DNA of 64,000 bases from Eledone cirrhosa (Eukaryota), in the NCBI GenBank assembly GCA_964016885.1, contig OZ024744.1:77128001-77192000 (forward strand), read 5' to 3'. A program made the position numbers and the translations under genes. The notes under the pieces were generated by a model. The model saw only the letters and a program-made list of their open reading frames with translations, did no database searches and had not been told where the DNA came from. The first letter of the stretch is position 1. Every line of letters begins with the position of its first letter. Of this stretch, positions 1-11,752 are shown piece after piece.

Positions 1-12
1 TTTATTAATATC

Positions 13-14
<2 letters not shown>

Positions 15-86
<72 letters not shown>

Positions 87-157
87 GTGTGTGTGTGTGT
101 GTATATGTATATATATATGTATGTGTGTGTATATATATATATGTATGTGTGTGTGAA

Positions 158-237
<80 letters not shown>
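15..237. repeat. Compound (TA)n/(TG)n microsatellite
   Basis: Dinucleotide runs seen directly. Confidence 0.95.
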
Positions 238-239
<2 letters not shown>

Positions 240-254
240 GCGAGCTGTGTGAAT

Positions 255-925
255 GGTCTGTAATGCGAAGAAATACCTATGATGGCTAGTAGACCACTGA
301 TGATGGATAGTCCTGGCTTCTATTTCTAATTCTTATTTTATTATATATATCATATTTGCAACAACACAGCTCGCCATTTTTCATTCCTATATGCTTTCCT
401 CTTCGCTGTGACCTGTCTTTTTCTCTTCCCTTACTGCTATCCTCTTTCTCTCTCCCTCTTCTCTCTCCTTTCCCTCTTACTTTCACTCACCCCCTCTGCT
501 AGTCACCCTCTCTCGGCTAGCCTCTTCCTCACACTTTCACTCACTCACTCTCTGCTACTCACCCTCTCTCTCACTTCCTCCATCGTCTCACACCGTACGT
601 GATTCTTACCTTGCTCACATCCGCACAGCCAAGATGTGTCTTTGCCTTCTCGTCAATATTCGCAAGTTCTTATGTTCAACTGAATCATTAACTTGATTTT
701 CTCATTTTTTCCTCTCTTTACGTTGCCTCACCATTCGTGTTTATTTACCTGTCTCTCTTTCTCCACCCAACTTTTTTTATCCCAATAACTTAATTTAGTT
801 ATTGTATCGCCCTAGCTTGAGGTATAGGGTCTGTAATGCGAAGAATTACCTATGTTGGCTAGTAGACCACTGATGACAGATATTCCTTCTATTTCTAATT
901 CTTCATTTTATTATTATATATATAT
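255..925 (+). repeat. Pair of ~95-bp direct repeats (255-350, 828-925) flanking a CT-rich spacer; pseudo-LTR-like
   Basis: GGTCTGTAATGCGAAGAA.TACCTATG.TGGCTAGTAGACCACTGATGA...CTTCTATTTCTAATTCTT occurs twice; each copy has CTGATGA but no downstream GAAA. Confidence 0.6.
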
Positions 926-1282
926 ATACTCTTTTACTCTTTTACCTGTTCCAGTCATCCAGCCGAGGCCATGCACCGCCCTTGTTGCTACACGTTCTAT
1001 CTCCAGCCTGTGCTGGTGTTGTTTAATTATTGATTTCAGTGTTGAATAAAAGTTGTTTTGTTTTTTTACAAAGTGAAATAATTCCAAAACAACAAACAGG
1101 TAGAAAGTAATACCAGGTAGAAACAAGAAACCTGCACATAACAGCTTAAATCAATAATCAAACAACATTCTGATTCTTTTGTTGTTAAAGAAATCGATTA
1201 CTTATGCAACTTCGAAAGTAGGTAAAGCAGATTCTATAGATTACCTAAAAATTCATAAAAGCTAGAAAATACTGGATAGTAA

Positions 1283-1478
1283 TGGTTTCTAATTTAGGCA
1301 CAAGGCCAGCAATTTAGGCGAGGGGAAAGTCGATTAAATCAACCCCAGTACGTTTCTGGTACTTTATTTTATCAACCGCGTAAAGATGAAAAGCAAAGCT
1401 AACCTTGGTAGGATTTGAACTTTACAGGACATAAAGGGCCGTGACTCTATGTCACGAAGCTTGGTGTCCGACGCTGCT
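1283..1478 (-). mobile_element. Degenerate tRNA-derived SINE (Nin/Deu-core type)
   Basis: Reverse complement of the SINE family at 3375 (GGCACAAGGCCAGCAATT, CTGGTACTTTATTTTATC, GGATTTGAACT). Confidence 0.75.
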
Positions 1479-1921
1479 TATTTCCTTCATTCAGTCACTT
1501 CTATACGCCAACATATTTCTTCTTGTCCTCCTCTTCTTTCAATCTTTTCTATATTTCATCTGCCTGTCACTCACCTTATGGGTTGTCCCTCTGTTGACCA
1601 CTGGCCACTGGTCTCTGATGCATTTTTGCCTATCGCTGTCTTTGACACCATTTAGCTGTTTTAACGGCTGGGCTAGCGATAAGTTTTCTCATTTTTATAT
1701 GTACTTAAATACACTCTAGCTTCGTCTCGATTAGAGATAACATTGTTTTTTTCATTTAAAATAACTAATACGTAGAAATACAGAAAATAGCTGGCTTCAA
1801 ACTGAGACTAATTATTGCAGGAACACAATTTCGAATATATCGTCTGAGTTATGAGCTCATTTATTTGTTTATACAGATATATAAAAGGAGAAAAAAAATT
1901 ACTATTAAATCGGTTGCACAC

Positions 1922-2196
1922 ACATGTACACCAGGTCCGAACACAGAGGAACAAAACTCCTACTGTCACTGCTTCTGTCTCTCCTGCTCTTATTATTATG
2001 AGCAAATGGGTGCCCACGCGCTAGCCGCCCCGCGGTTCCAACTGACAAAATAGAGAAGGTGTTTCCCCGGAGGATGGTGAGGGAGACGCGCTGGAAGAGC
2101 TATTCCCGCTCGCGACGCTCACACCTGAAGCTAGCTAGTAGAGCGCCTATGGTGGTGAGTAGGGAGTGGCCCTAGGGCCAAAGACACCAGAAGTCT
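1922..2196 (+). repeat. Unclassified interspersed repeat (family X)
   Basis: TTTCCCCGGAGGATGGTGAGGGAGACGCG...CTCACACCTG...CCTAGGGCCAA...CACCAGAAGTCT recurs at 21303 (+), 21776 (-) and partially at 18350, 22085 and 57900. Confidence 0.75.
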
Positions 2197-2511
2197 CCAT
2201 TGCTACAGGATCGTCTGAGTAATTTTATAGATTTGCCTATTAAATCTCAATGTCCAAAGAATCCAAGTTATGTGCGAGATGACGTAACATTTTCTTTAAC
2301 ACATTCCTTCAACTATCTCAAAAGGGCACAATTTTAACAAGATTCGACACGACACAAATTAGGCTTAAAAAGAATCATGTACTGGATAGAAAAATATAGA
2401 AACTGTAAATGATCATTTCAAAATAGATTTCATCATCAAACCTAGTATAAAAAATAAAAAATAAAAAAACTCACACACATACACACATTTAACTTTAATA
2501 GAAAAAATATA

Positions 2512-3267
2512 TACTCTCGGGTCCCAAAATAACACGGGGGTTTGGAATAAGCGTCTTCTTAAAAAGCCTTAAAGTATGTCTCAAACCAGAAGGATCGTTA
2601 AACTGGTGCTTATCCCACTTTCGTGGTGTGAAGTGACTGAGGGTACAAGACTCCCCCTCTGGACAGGACACCAGTCCATCGTAGGGTTAAACCCCAGCTA
2701 TTGCTGGTACTCAGCTGAGTATACTGGAGCAACGTGAAATGAAATGCTTTGCTCAAGAACACAACATGCAACCCATCCCAGGAATCGAACCCACGACATT
2801 ATGATTGTAAGTCCAACACCCTGACCACCTGGCCACGTACCTCCACTGAAATAAGCGGGGCAATTGGAATAAGCGAGGGTTGGGGTGGAATAAGTGGGGG
2901 AGGGGGGATCGTTATTTATTTTCTCCGTTGATTTTTAAAAAAAACAGAATTAGTCGTTTAGTTTACATATTGAGACCACCACCCCTCAACCCATCCTATT
3001 TATTTTATAACGTGTGGGATTTCTAGTAATGTACTTTATTTGTCATGTATAATGTTTTTGTCATGTATCAAAAAAAAAAAAAAATTAAATGTCACAGGAA
3101 TGCTACTACTTAAAATACAATTTCACTGGAGATAGATTAGCAAAATTTAATGGAATGGGGGGGGGGTAATAAGAGCGGAAGGTGGGTGGGTGGGAAAAAT
3201 CTAAAAAATTGATAAGCGGAGTGTGTGTATGTGGGGGGGGGGGGGGGGTATTCGAAATCCGAGAGTA
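2512..3267. mobile_element. Non-autonomous DNA transposon (MITE), probably Tc1/mariner-pogo type
   Basis: Inverted termini TACTCTCGG (2512) and CCGAGAGTA (3259-3267); repeated subterminal AATAAGCG/GATAAGCG motifs with G runs; interrupted by a SINE. Confidence 0.55.
2575..2847 (-). mobile_element. tRNA-derived SINE with Meta-like and V-like domains
   Basis: Minus strand: A box TGGCCAGGTGG, B box GGTTCGATTCC, then TTGTGTTCTTGAGCAA...ACTCAGCTG, then AACCCTACGATGGACTGGTGTCCTGTCCAG. Confidence 0.75.
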
Positions 3268-3374
3268 GACAAAAAAAAAATGGCCTTGGGTTATAAAAGT
3301 AGATATAATGTTTTTCTTCTAGCAAGCCTGTTACAAGGTAAAAGGATTGCTAGAAGAAAACAATTATATTATGA

Positions 3375-3561
3375 GGCGGTGGATTGGCAGTATCGGTAGA
3401 GGGTCGGACGCCATGCTTTGCAGCAAAGAGTTACGGCTCTTTATGGTCTGAGTTCAAATCCAGCCGAGGTTAACCTTGCCTTTCATCCCTACGGGGTCGA
3501 TAAAATAAAGTACCAGTAATACACTGTGATAATTGCTGGCCTTGTGCCAAAAGTAGAAACG
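3375..3561 (+). mobile_element. tRNA-derived SINE (Nin/Deu core), first unit of a tandem dimer
   Basis: A box TGGCAGTATCGG, B box GAGTTCAAATCC, core GCCTTTCATCC.TACGGGGTCGATAAAATAAAGTACCAG, end GTAGAAAC. Confidence 0.9.
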
Positions 3562-3573
3562 ATTATATTATGA

Positions 3574-3759
3574 GGCGGTGGATTGGCAGTATCGGTAGAG
3601 GGTCGGACGCCATGCTTTGCAGCAAAGAGTTACGGCTCTTTATGGTCTGAGTTCAAATCCCGCCGAAGTTAACTTTGCCTTTCATCCTTACGGGGTCGAT
3701 AAAATAAAGTACCAGTAATGTAGTGGGTATTTGCTGGCCTTGTGCCAAAAGTAGAAACA
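3574..3759 (+). mobile_element. tRNA-derived SINE, second unit of the tandem dimer
   Basis: Near-identical to 3375-3561; ATTATATTATGAGGC at 3363, 3562 and 3760. Confidence 0.9.
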
Positions 3760-3946
3760 ATTATATTATGAGGCAGAAACAATATTTGGTCTTAATTTTA
3801 AAGCAGTCATGGGCAAACTGCGACCCGTTTGACTTTCTAGGTGGCACACCTAATTCCAAATTTGCCTTGAATTTTTTTAGTAGTGCGACCCGCCTTATGA
3901 TGAGCCACATCCTATGCGGTCCACTGCTCGAAAAAGTTGTAATAAT

Positions 3947-4132
3947 TGTTTCTACGTTTGGCACAAGGCCAGCAATTACCCAGTGCATTACTGGTACTTT
4001 ATTTTATCGACCCCGTAAGGATGAAAGGCAAAGTTAACCTCGGCGGGATTTGAACTAAGAATGGCAAGGGCCGTAACTCTATGCGTCAAAGCATGGCGTC
4101 CGACCCTCTACCGATACTGCCAATCCACTGCC
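3947..4132 (-). mobile_element. tRNA-derived SINE with 13-bp TSD
   Basis: Reverse complement of the same SINE; AAGTTGTAATAAT at 3934-3946 and 4133-4145. Confidence 0.9.
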
Positions 4133-4288
4133 AAGTTGTAATAATATATACTAATATTATCGGGAAATGGAAACGCTTTCTCAATGACTGCAATATTTTG
4201 GGGGAACTAATCAAAAGGCGAACTATAAGCGTTTCACTGCCTTTTAAAGGCCCTCGACCCATCCATTAGATTCTTAAAAGAAACCAAT

Positions 4289-4289
4289 G

Positions 4290-4333
<44 letters not shown>

Positions 4334-4345
4334 CGATAGATAGAT
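4289..4345. repeat. (GATA)n microsatellite at the 3' junction of Tx1 copy A1
   Basis: AGAT repeats seen directly. Confidence 0.95.
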
Positions 4346-4581
4346 TTCTTTATTAGCCACAGGGGCACAAAAGAAGGGGACAAATACAAAGGGGGAAGTT
4401 TACATACAATAAAAACGTGTAAAATGTTATCACAAATGAAATTTAAAAAGTTAGTCGATTTTCCCCAATAGAGGGAGACACTTTATATGGGTAACACATA
4501 CCCCCGAAAAAATGTACAACCCTCATCTCCAGGAGCACCAAGAGTGAGTACTCCCTTCCTCTCTTCCTCTTTTCCCTCAAC

Positions 4582-7500
4582 CTACAGGCTTATATAGAGA
4601 GAAGGCCCAACCACTCGGGCCATCTTTGCCACATTCACCCATTTTTTATAAAATTTGCTGGGGTACAGCACCTCTCTCTCCATCTTGATTCTTCTTCCAA
4701 AATGATATTTGAAAAAACGAATCAGTTGCTTGCCGGAGAGAAAGATGTCTGACCTCAACCCTTTTAACCTCGTCCACCATATAACCTCTTTCACCATAGC
4801 CATAGCACATAGGAAAACCGCCTCTCCCTCGTTTTTGAAGGAGGGTGGCAGTTTGATCATGACAATGGACTCGGTGGTCAACCGGATAGGTCCCACCCGC
4901 GACAATAGTCGTTCTACATAGCCCCACAGGTCGGTAACGCCCGGGCAGTGTACAAATGCGTGCGCGACGGTTTCCTCGTCGCGCACGCATCTCGAACAGA
5001 TCTTTTTCGAAGGGTCCCTACCCGGGCGCCCGTGTCTGTAGAGCATGTCTCAAACTGGTAGAGCTCCTCGGTAGCACTTCCAGGCCAGGGACTTTTGGAA
5101 GTTGTCCATTGGTCCCGGGCGGAAGGTCCTACCGAACAGACTGGCCAGTTCGTTCTCCTCTACGCCTCGAGTTTCTCCGAGCGTGTCGTCGTACTTGCTG
5201 CGGACCAACCCTCTATAGAATGTCGAAGTGGAGTCTCCACTGATCGCCGGGTCCGTTTGCAAGAGGACTGTGAGCGCCTGAGCACATTCGATGTGCCAGT
5301 CGCCCATTTTCCTCGGTCTTTGCTTGACCCAGGACTGCAGCTCGGTCAGCGAGACGAGTCGTGGGAAGGCTCTCCTCACGAACGGGGCCCACACCGGTTG
5401 TCTGGTGAGGAATACGTGGAGATGCCGCGGCCTGAGCGCGTGTTTGTGCATCGTCAGCCACGACATCCCCAGCCCACCGTTTGAAGGGTGTTGGCAGCAG
5501 ATGGATCTTCTCACCAAAGGAGCCCGTTTCTTCCAAAGGAATTGGAAGAGCGCGCGCTCCATTTTGGTGAGCATTTTGGCTGGACAAGGCACGACGGTGA
5601 AGCGGTAGTAGATGACGGACGCTATAAAAGTGTTCACCACCTCCGCTCGACCATTCATGGATAGTTTGCACTCGGCCCACTTCTGGGTGAGTGCAAACAT
5701 CTTGGCCGTGACCTCGTTCCAGTTCTTCTCCACCTGGAGGTCCGGACCAAACCAGACCTCGAGCAGCTTTACCGGTCCTTCCGTCAAGCGTCCGACGACG
5801 CCATCGGAAGGCATCGGTTTGCCTCTCCACGTTCCGAGTTGCAAACCGAGGGATTTGTCCCGGTTCAGCTTCGCTCCTGTGAACCTTTCGTATTCCTCCA
5901 GTAACGTGCCGATCTCCCCGATTTGCGAGGTGCTCGACACCATTACTGTCACATCGTCGGCGTAGGCCGACGCCGCTTTTCGCAGTCCCAGTTCCAAAGG
6001 GATGCCCTGCAATAGCTCCAACTTCCGCAGTTGTGGATCGAGAGTCAGTACGTACAGAAGGGAGGAGAGAAGGCATCCCTGTTGGATGGATCGCGTGATA
6101 TGGAACGGCTCCGAGAGGTAGCCGTTCACCTTGACCCTTGAGCAGATGTTGCTGCTGTGCATTGCAGCAATCCAGCCCCTGAACACGGGTCCAAACCCTG
6201 CCGCCTCGAGCACCGCATCCAGGTAACGATGGTCAACCCTATCGAAATCCTTAGACTTATCCAAGTTGATCAGGGCCCCACCGAAGTCGGGTTTACACCC
6301 TACCCTTTCTAAAATGTATCGCATGAGGTGGAGGTTGTCGTGTATGGACCTGGTCGGGATTGCGCATGTCTGCGCTTCTCCCACCAGGTTTTTGACGACA
6401 AGCGCCAGCCTCTTTGCCAACACCTTGGCCAAAATCTGTAACTCTGTGTTAAGCAGAGTTATGGGCCGGAAGTTGCCTATGTCATCCCCTTGTTCTCGTC
6501 CTTCCTAACTAACGTGATTATGCCCTTGGTCACAGAACTGGGAGTTCTCCCGTTCTGCTGCCAGTTGCAGTAGACCGCTTCCAGGAGACCGGAGAACAAG
6601 TCCGGCATTGCTACGTAAAATTCGTAGGGTAGACCGTCGAGACCTGGAGATTTGCTTTTGCCGCATTGGCTCAGCGCGTCCTCTATCTCAGCGGCTGAAA
6701 TCGGCCTTTCGCAGAACTTCGACTCGCTGTCTGAGAGTCGCGGTAGACTGTCGAGGTATGGACCGAAATCCATAGCCCCTCCCGGCGCCCCACCCTTCCC
6801 GAACAGTTGAGCAAAGTGCCGCTGAAAGGCCGCGTACATCTGCTTCGGCTCACGTATCACGCGTCAGTTTTGGTCCTTCAAAGACCGAATCGTGGACTTG
6901 TTGCCACTTTTCGCCTCCGTCACTCGGGCCCAGCTAACAGCTTTGGCTCCCTCGTTTCCCAGAGCACGTATTTTGCTTCTGACAACGCAGCCTTCATTCT
7001 TTGCGACGACGAACTGGTCCAAGGCCGTTCTCGTCGCCAGCACGCTGGCTACGTTGCCACTCCTAAGTGCCTCTTCTACTTTATCCACCAGTTCCTTTTC
7101 GGTCTTATTTCTATCTAACACTAATTATTTACTAAAACCTATCGAGTCTAATCTAACTGCCCTCTTGAGAGAGTACCACCATCTGTTGTTGACAATGGCC
7201 CCCGTCAAGTGCTGCTTAACTAAAGTGCTAATCCGTCTTCTGTAGGCTTTGCATGTCAGTAACAACAAGTTCAGCTTCCTGTAGCCGGGTCCCTGTCTAT
7301 GGGTTTTGTCAAGGTTGACTAAGCAGGTCACTAATTTGTGATCTGAATAGGCAACCACGAACAATTGTGGACAGCTTAACATGTCCCTATCCTTCTTTCT
7401 AACTAGAACATTATCTAGGTACGATCTAGATGTTCCGCTATCATTAGTCCACGTCCACAGTGGCACAGTCGGAAAATCTAGTCGATATCTATCGGCCAGG

Positions 7501-8004
7501 TCAAATCGGCCGATTAACTGTTTGAGGCTGTTACACCCCCCTCTATCGGGACATGCTCCCACATAGTCCCAACGTTCATCTAGGATTCCATTCCACTAAC
7601 AGCAGGGAGCGAGACGTTCCCAGAAAAGTCTCTAGACGTTTGAAGAAGTCTGGCCGCGGTGTCCTGGATGGGGCATATGCGGCCACCAGCTTGAAGGCTC
7701 CACCTTCACTACCATCAACGTCTAGGACCACCAGTCGACCCTCCGGAGCTGGATGTACCATCTGTGTTACCAGGTGTTTCCGCAGCAAAACGGCAACCCC
7801 ACCCCCACTTTCCGGCTGACAGAGAGATGCGTAGATCTCAAAGTCGTCGAAGATGGGGGCCAGTTGTCGCTCGCTGTGGATCCTGGACTCGCAAATGGCT
7901 ACTACATCTATACTGTGCGACCTGAGGTCATTTAACAGTTTGCCCTGTTTCCAGGGCATCCCCAGGCCGCGTACATTCACACATCCAACTCTTATATTGG
8001 CCAT
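4582..8004 (-). pseudogene. Tx1 ORF2 (APE endonuclease + reverse transcriptase + Cys motif), disrupted
   Basis: MANIRVGCVNVRGL, SYLD/SDH endonuclease motifs, KSPGLDG, NFRPITLLN, YADD, CSRC...HAFVHC; split by stops and frameshifts. Confidence 0.9.
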
Positions 8005-8038
8005 GTTGGTGCTGAAAAGTTAAAAGAGGATAAAGAGA

Positions 8039-9686
8039 TCACTCACCCTTCGTCTCCTGGAGACCAGGCTGCACAATTTCCATGGGGGTTTTGGAGGGGT
8101 TGTTTGGTGGGGTGGTGGTCTCTGGCGGGGTGGGGGGAAGATGTTTGGTGGGGAGGGGGTGTCATGTGGGTGGGGGTGTCTGGAGTGGAAGTGTATGGGG
8201 TGGGGGTGGGGAAACATTTCAAAAGGACGCGGTTATAGGGTTTGACGCAGGGGTTACCTACGTCGTTAGGAAATTTTTCTTTTCACTGTTTATGTGTGTC
8301 CATGGAGATCCTAATCGTTTTAAGATTAGGATTCTCCGCAGAGTGTGTAAAAGTTTTCCCTTCGGTCTCCACCGAAGAGTTTTTATATATGATCTCTGTT
8401 AAAGTTTTATTGTTAGTATTTATGTAGGTGTAACATTTTTGTTGTGTTGTGTTGCTTTTTTTCTGTGGTTCTTGTGTGTGTTTACGTTTTGTAGAAGGTG
8501 TTTTGTCTTCAGGAGGGGGTGTTTTTCTTTGTGCTGTTTGCGTCGCTTGTATTGGTGTTTGTGTGTTTATTGCATTTTTGTTTGTGTTATGTCTTTTCTT
8601 TTTTCTTTTTACTGGTCGGAAAGGCTCTCCCCCATCGTCACTGGGTGACGATGATGAGGCCTCATCCGTGTTGTTGGGGAGGGGTATATTTTGATGAGCT
8701 GTTATGTGTGTGGGTGTTTCTGGAGTTGTTTTAGGTGGGGTGGGGTTGGGTGGGCTGTGTTTGCGGTTTGGTTTGTTTTTGTGTGTTGTTGTTGTTGTGG
8801 TGGTGGTGGTTGTTGTGGTGGTGGTTGTTGTGTTGTTGTGTTGGGTGTCGGCAGTAGTATTTTTTAATGCAGTTAATTGAGGACAGGAAGCCCTCAGGTG
8901 ACCACTGCTTAAACAGTGGTAACATGAAAGCCGCCTACCCTCAACAGAAATGTTTATGTAGGAATTTCCATCCAAAGACACACGTTGTGGTATTCTAGCT
9001 ATCCGTTCTGGTCTTATTTGGACCAGAACTTCTAAGCTTGTACCGTTGAATATGCCCCTGGAGGACTTTCCTACCGAAATTACTGTATCTTCATTAAAAT
9101 TTATGAAACCAGCTATTATCCACCAGATGTTTACACTTGGTGTGATATTTGTTATTTTTATTTTTTGGGTCCTTTTTCCCATGTATGTGGGGAAAAAGGT
9201 GTAGAGGGGGGACACAATTGGCGACACAGAATATTTCTGTGCCGTCAATTGGTCTTTCATTATTATTGATAAACTCCCGAAGAGTTTTCCCTTCTGTATG
9301 AAGACAATGTCCTTCATGGAGTTTCTTAGAACCAGCTCAATTTCGTTTTGAGTTAATTGGGCTGGTTTTCTGGTGGTATTTGAGATTGTCCTAAAAACTA
9401 TGGTTTTCAGGACAGTGTCTCTCCGCAATTCTTGGGGAGAAGTGATGCTAAAAACGCCATTCCCCCCAAAAGTTATATATTGCTTGGCATCTCTTAGCAA
9501 TTCTCCGGCATTAGAGATGTCAATCTGTGTATATAGTTCTGTATTTTGAACAGTTTGTGCATAGAGACCTTTTTTCCTTGTTTGTGGAGTTGTTCTTCTT
9601 GGTGTTGTTGTCATTATTGTTGCTGCTGTTGGTGTTGTTGTCATCATTGTTGCTGTTGTTGTTGTTGTCATTGTTGCTGCTGCTGC

Positions 9687-9771
<85 letters not shown>

Positions 9772-10056
9772 GATGTTTTTGTAGTTCTCAATTGCTTGAT
9801 CTGTGGTTGCGGAATTCATTTGTGGAGTTGTGTTTTCGTTCATAGCATTGTTGTTATTGATGTTGCTGGTGCCGCTGGTTGTGTTGTTTTGGTGTGTTGC
9901 TATGGCAACGTCAAGTTGTCGGTCAGCAGGTGGAGAAAATTCTTCCTCTGGCTGACCTTTGACTTTGACATCTGCTACTATGACAGTAGCAGGGGGAAGC
10001 TGTAAGAATATCTTCCCTTTTCCTCCTTCGAATGTTGGTGAAGAAGCTTCAGTCAT
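8039..10056 (-). pseudogene. Tx1 ORF1 (gag-like, CCHC zinc knuckle), frameshifted
   Basis: ORFs 9520-10056 and 8283-9791; CYHCLSSGHLRASC; long (AAC)n tract near the N-terminus. Confidence 0.8.
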
Positions 10057-10291
10057 TTTTTTTAAATGTTAGCTTTTCCAAAAATAAACTTTTTATATAC
10101 TATTTCGCCTAAAGGCGTAGAATATTTTGAGAGAGTGACCAGATCAAAATTTGACCTGGAAGTCCTTCTACGAGTTGATATAAAAATGAAGGTTCACAGT
10201 TAGGAATTTCTATAGAAATTTAGGCAGAACTTACCCAGCAAGTTTTACGCGTGTGTCCATCCCAGTAGAGATAGATAGATAAATAGATATA

Positions 10292-11652
10292 TTTCTTTAT
10301 TTGCCACAAGGGCGCACAAGAAAACAAACAATTACAACAATCGAAATCCCCAATAGGGGGGAGGCGCCACAAATGGGTTGTTTAATACCCCGTAGATAGA
10401 ACAACCCTCAACTCCAGGAGCGTGTTGTGCAAGTGCTCCTTTCTTCCCTTTGCTGTCTTCTTCAACCTACAGGCTTATAAACAGAGAAGGCCCAATCACT
10501 CGGGCCATTTTCGCTTCATTCACCCACTTTTCAGTAAATTTACTGGGGTGCAGTGCCTCTCTCTCCACCTTGATTCTCCTTCTAAAGTGATACTTAAAGA
10601 AGGGAATCAATTGTTGTCCGGAGAGAAAGGCATCTGTCCTCAGTCCTCTCAACTCGTCCACCATATAACTTCTTTCACCATAGCCACCGTACAGAGGAAA
10701 ACCGCCTCTCTTTCGTTTTTGAAAGAGGCTGGCGGTTTGATCCTTACTATGGATTCGGCAGTCAACTGGATTTGTCCCATACGCGACAGCAGTTGTTCTG
10801 CATAGTTCCACAGGTCGGTTACGCCCGGGCAGTGTACAATTGCGTGCAGGACTGTTTCAATGTCCTGCGCGCATCTTGGACACGTCCTCTTGGAAGGATG
10901 CCTGCCGGGGCGTCCATGCCTGTAGATCTTATCACGAACCGGTAGAGCTCCTCGGTAGCACTGCCAGGCCAGGGACCTCTGGAAGTTGTTCATAGGTCCC
11001 GGGCGGAAAGTCCTACCAAACAGACTGGTGAGCTCATCGTCTTCGACGCTCAGAGTCTCTCCGAGCACGTCGTCGCCCTTGTAACGTACAATTCCTCTAT
11101 AGAATGTCGAAGTGGAGTCGCCACTGATTGCTGCGCCCACTTGCCAGAGGACTGAGAGCGCCTGAGCGCATTCAATGTGCCAGGCGCCCATCGTTTTCGG
11201 TCTTTTCTTGACCCAGGACTGCAGCTCCGTCAGCGAGACGAGCTGTGGGAAAGCCTGTCTCACAAACGGTGCCCACACCGGTTTGGGGTCGGTGAGGAAT
11301 ACCTGGAGATGCCGCAGCCTCGGCGCATATTCGCGCATCATCAGCAACGGCATTCCCAGCCCTCCGTTGGAAGGGTGCTGACAGCAGACGGTTCTCCTCA
11401 CCAGCGGAGCCAGCTTCTTCCACAGAAACTGGAAGAGCATGCGTTCCATGTTGGCGAGGTGTTCACGGGGATAAGGCACGACAGTCAAGCGGTAGTAGAT
11501 GACCGACGCTATGACAGTGTTCGCCACCTCCGCTCGACCTTTCAAGGACAGTTTGCACTCTGCCCACTTCTGGGTGAGTGCAAACACCTTGGCCGTGACC
11601 TCGTTCCAGTTTTTCTCTGCCTAGAGGTCTGGACCGAACCAGACCCCGAGCA
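10292..11652 (-). mobile_element. 5'-truncated Tx1 copy, related subfamily B
   Basis: ORF2 C-terminus homologous to A1 (QCYRGALPVRDK, CPRC...HC); distinct 3' UTR ending AATAAAGAAA; GATA repeats on both sides. Confidence 0.9.
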
Positions 11653-11659
11653 ATTAAGA

Positions 11660-11678
11660 GAGATAGATAGATAGATAA

Positions 11679-11751
<73 letters not shown>
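11660..11751. repeat. (GATA)n spacer
   Basis: Seen directly. Confidence 0.95.

Positions 11752-11752
<1 letters not shown>

Larger units (their letters stand above)
4345..10267 (-). mobile_element. Full-length but decayed Tx1/L1-clade non-LTR retrotransposon (copy A1)
   Basis: 5' UTR, ORF1 with a CCHC knuckle, ORF2 with APE endonuclease, RT and C-terminal Cys motif, 3' UTR ending AATAAAGAAA; GATA repeats on both sides. Confidence 0.92.

Noticed and set aside
255-350. Complete hammerhead of type I, II or III
   Set aside because: No GAAA, stem III and UH could be arranged around CTGATGA in either repeat.
3363-3774. Thrice-repeated ATTATATTATGAGGC as a CRISPR-like array
   Set aside because: The intervening sequences are near-identical SINE copies, the repeat is a TSD, and the context is eukaryotic with no cas genes.
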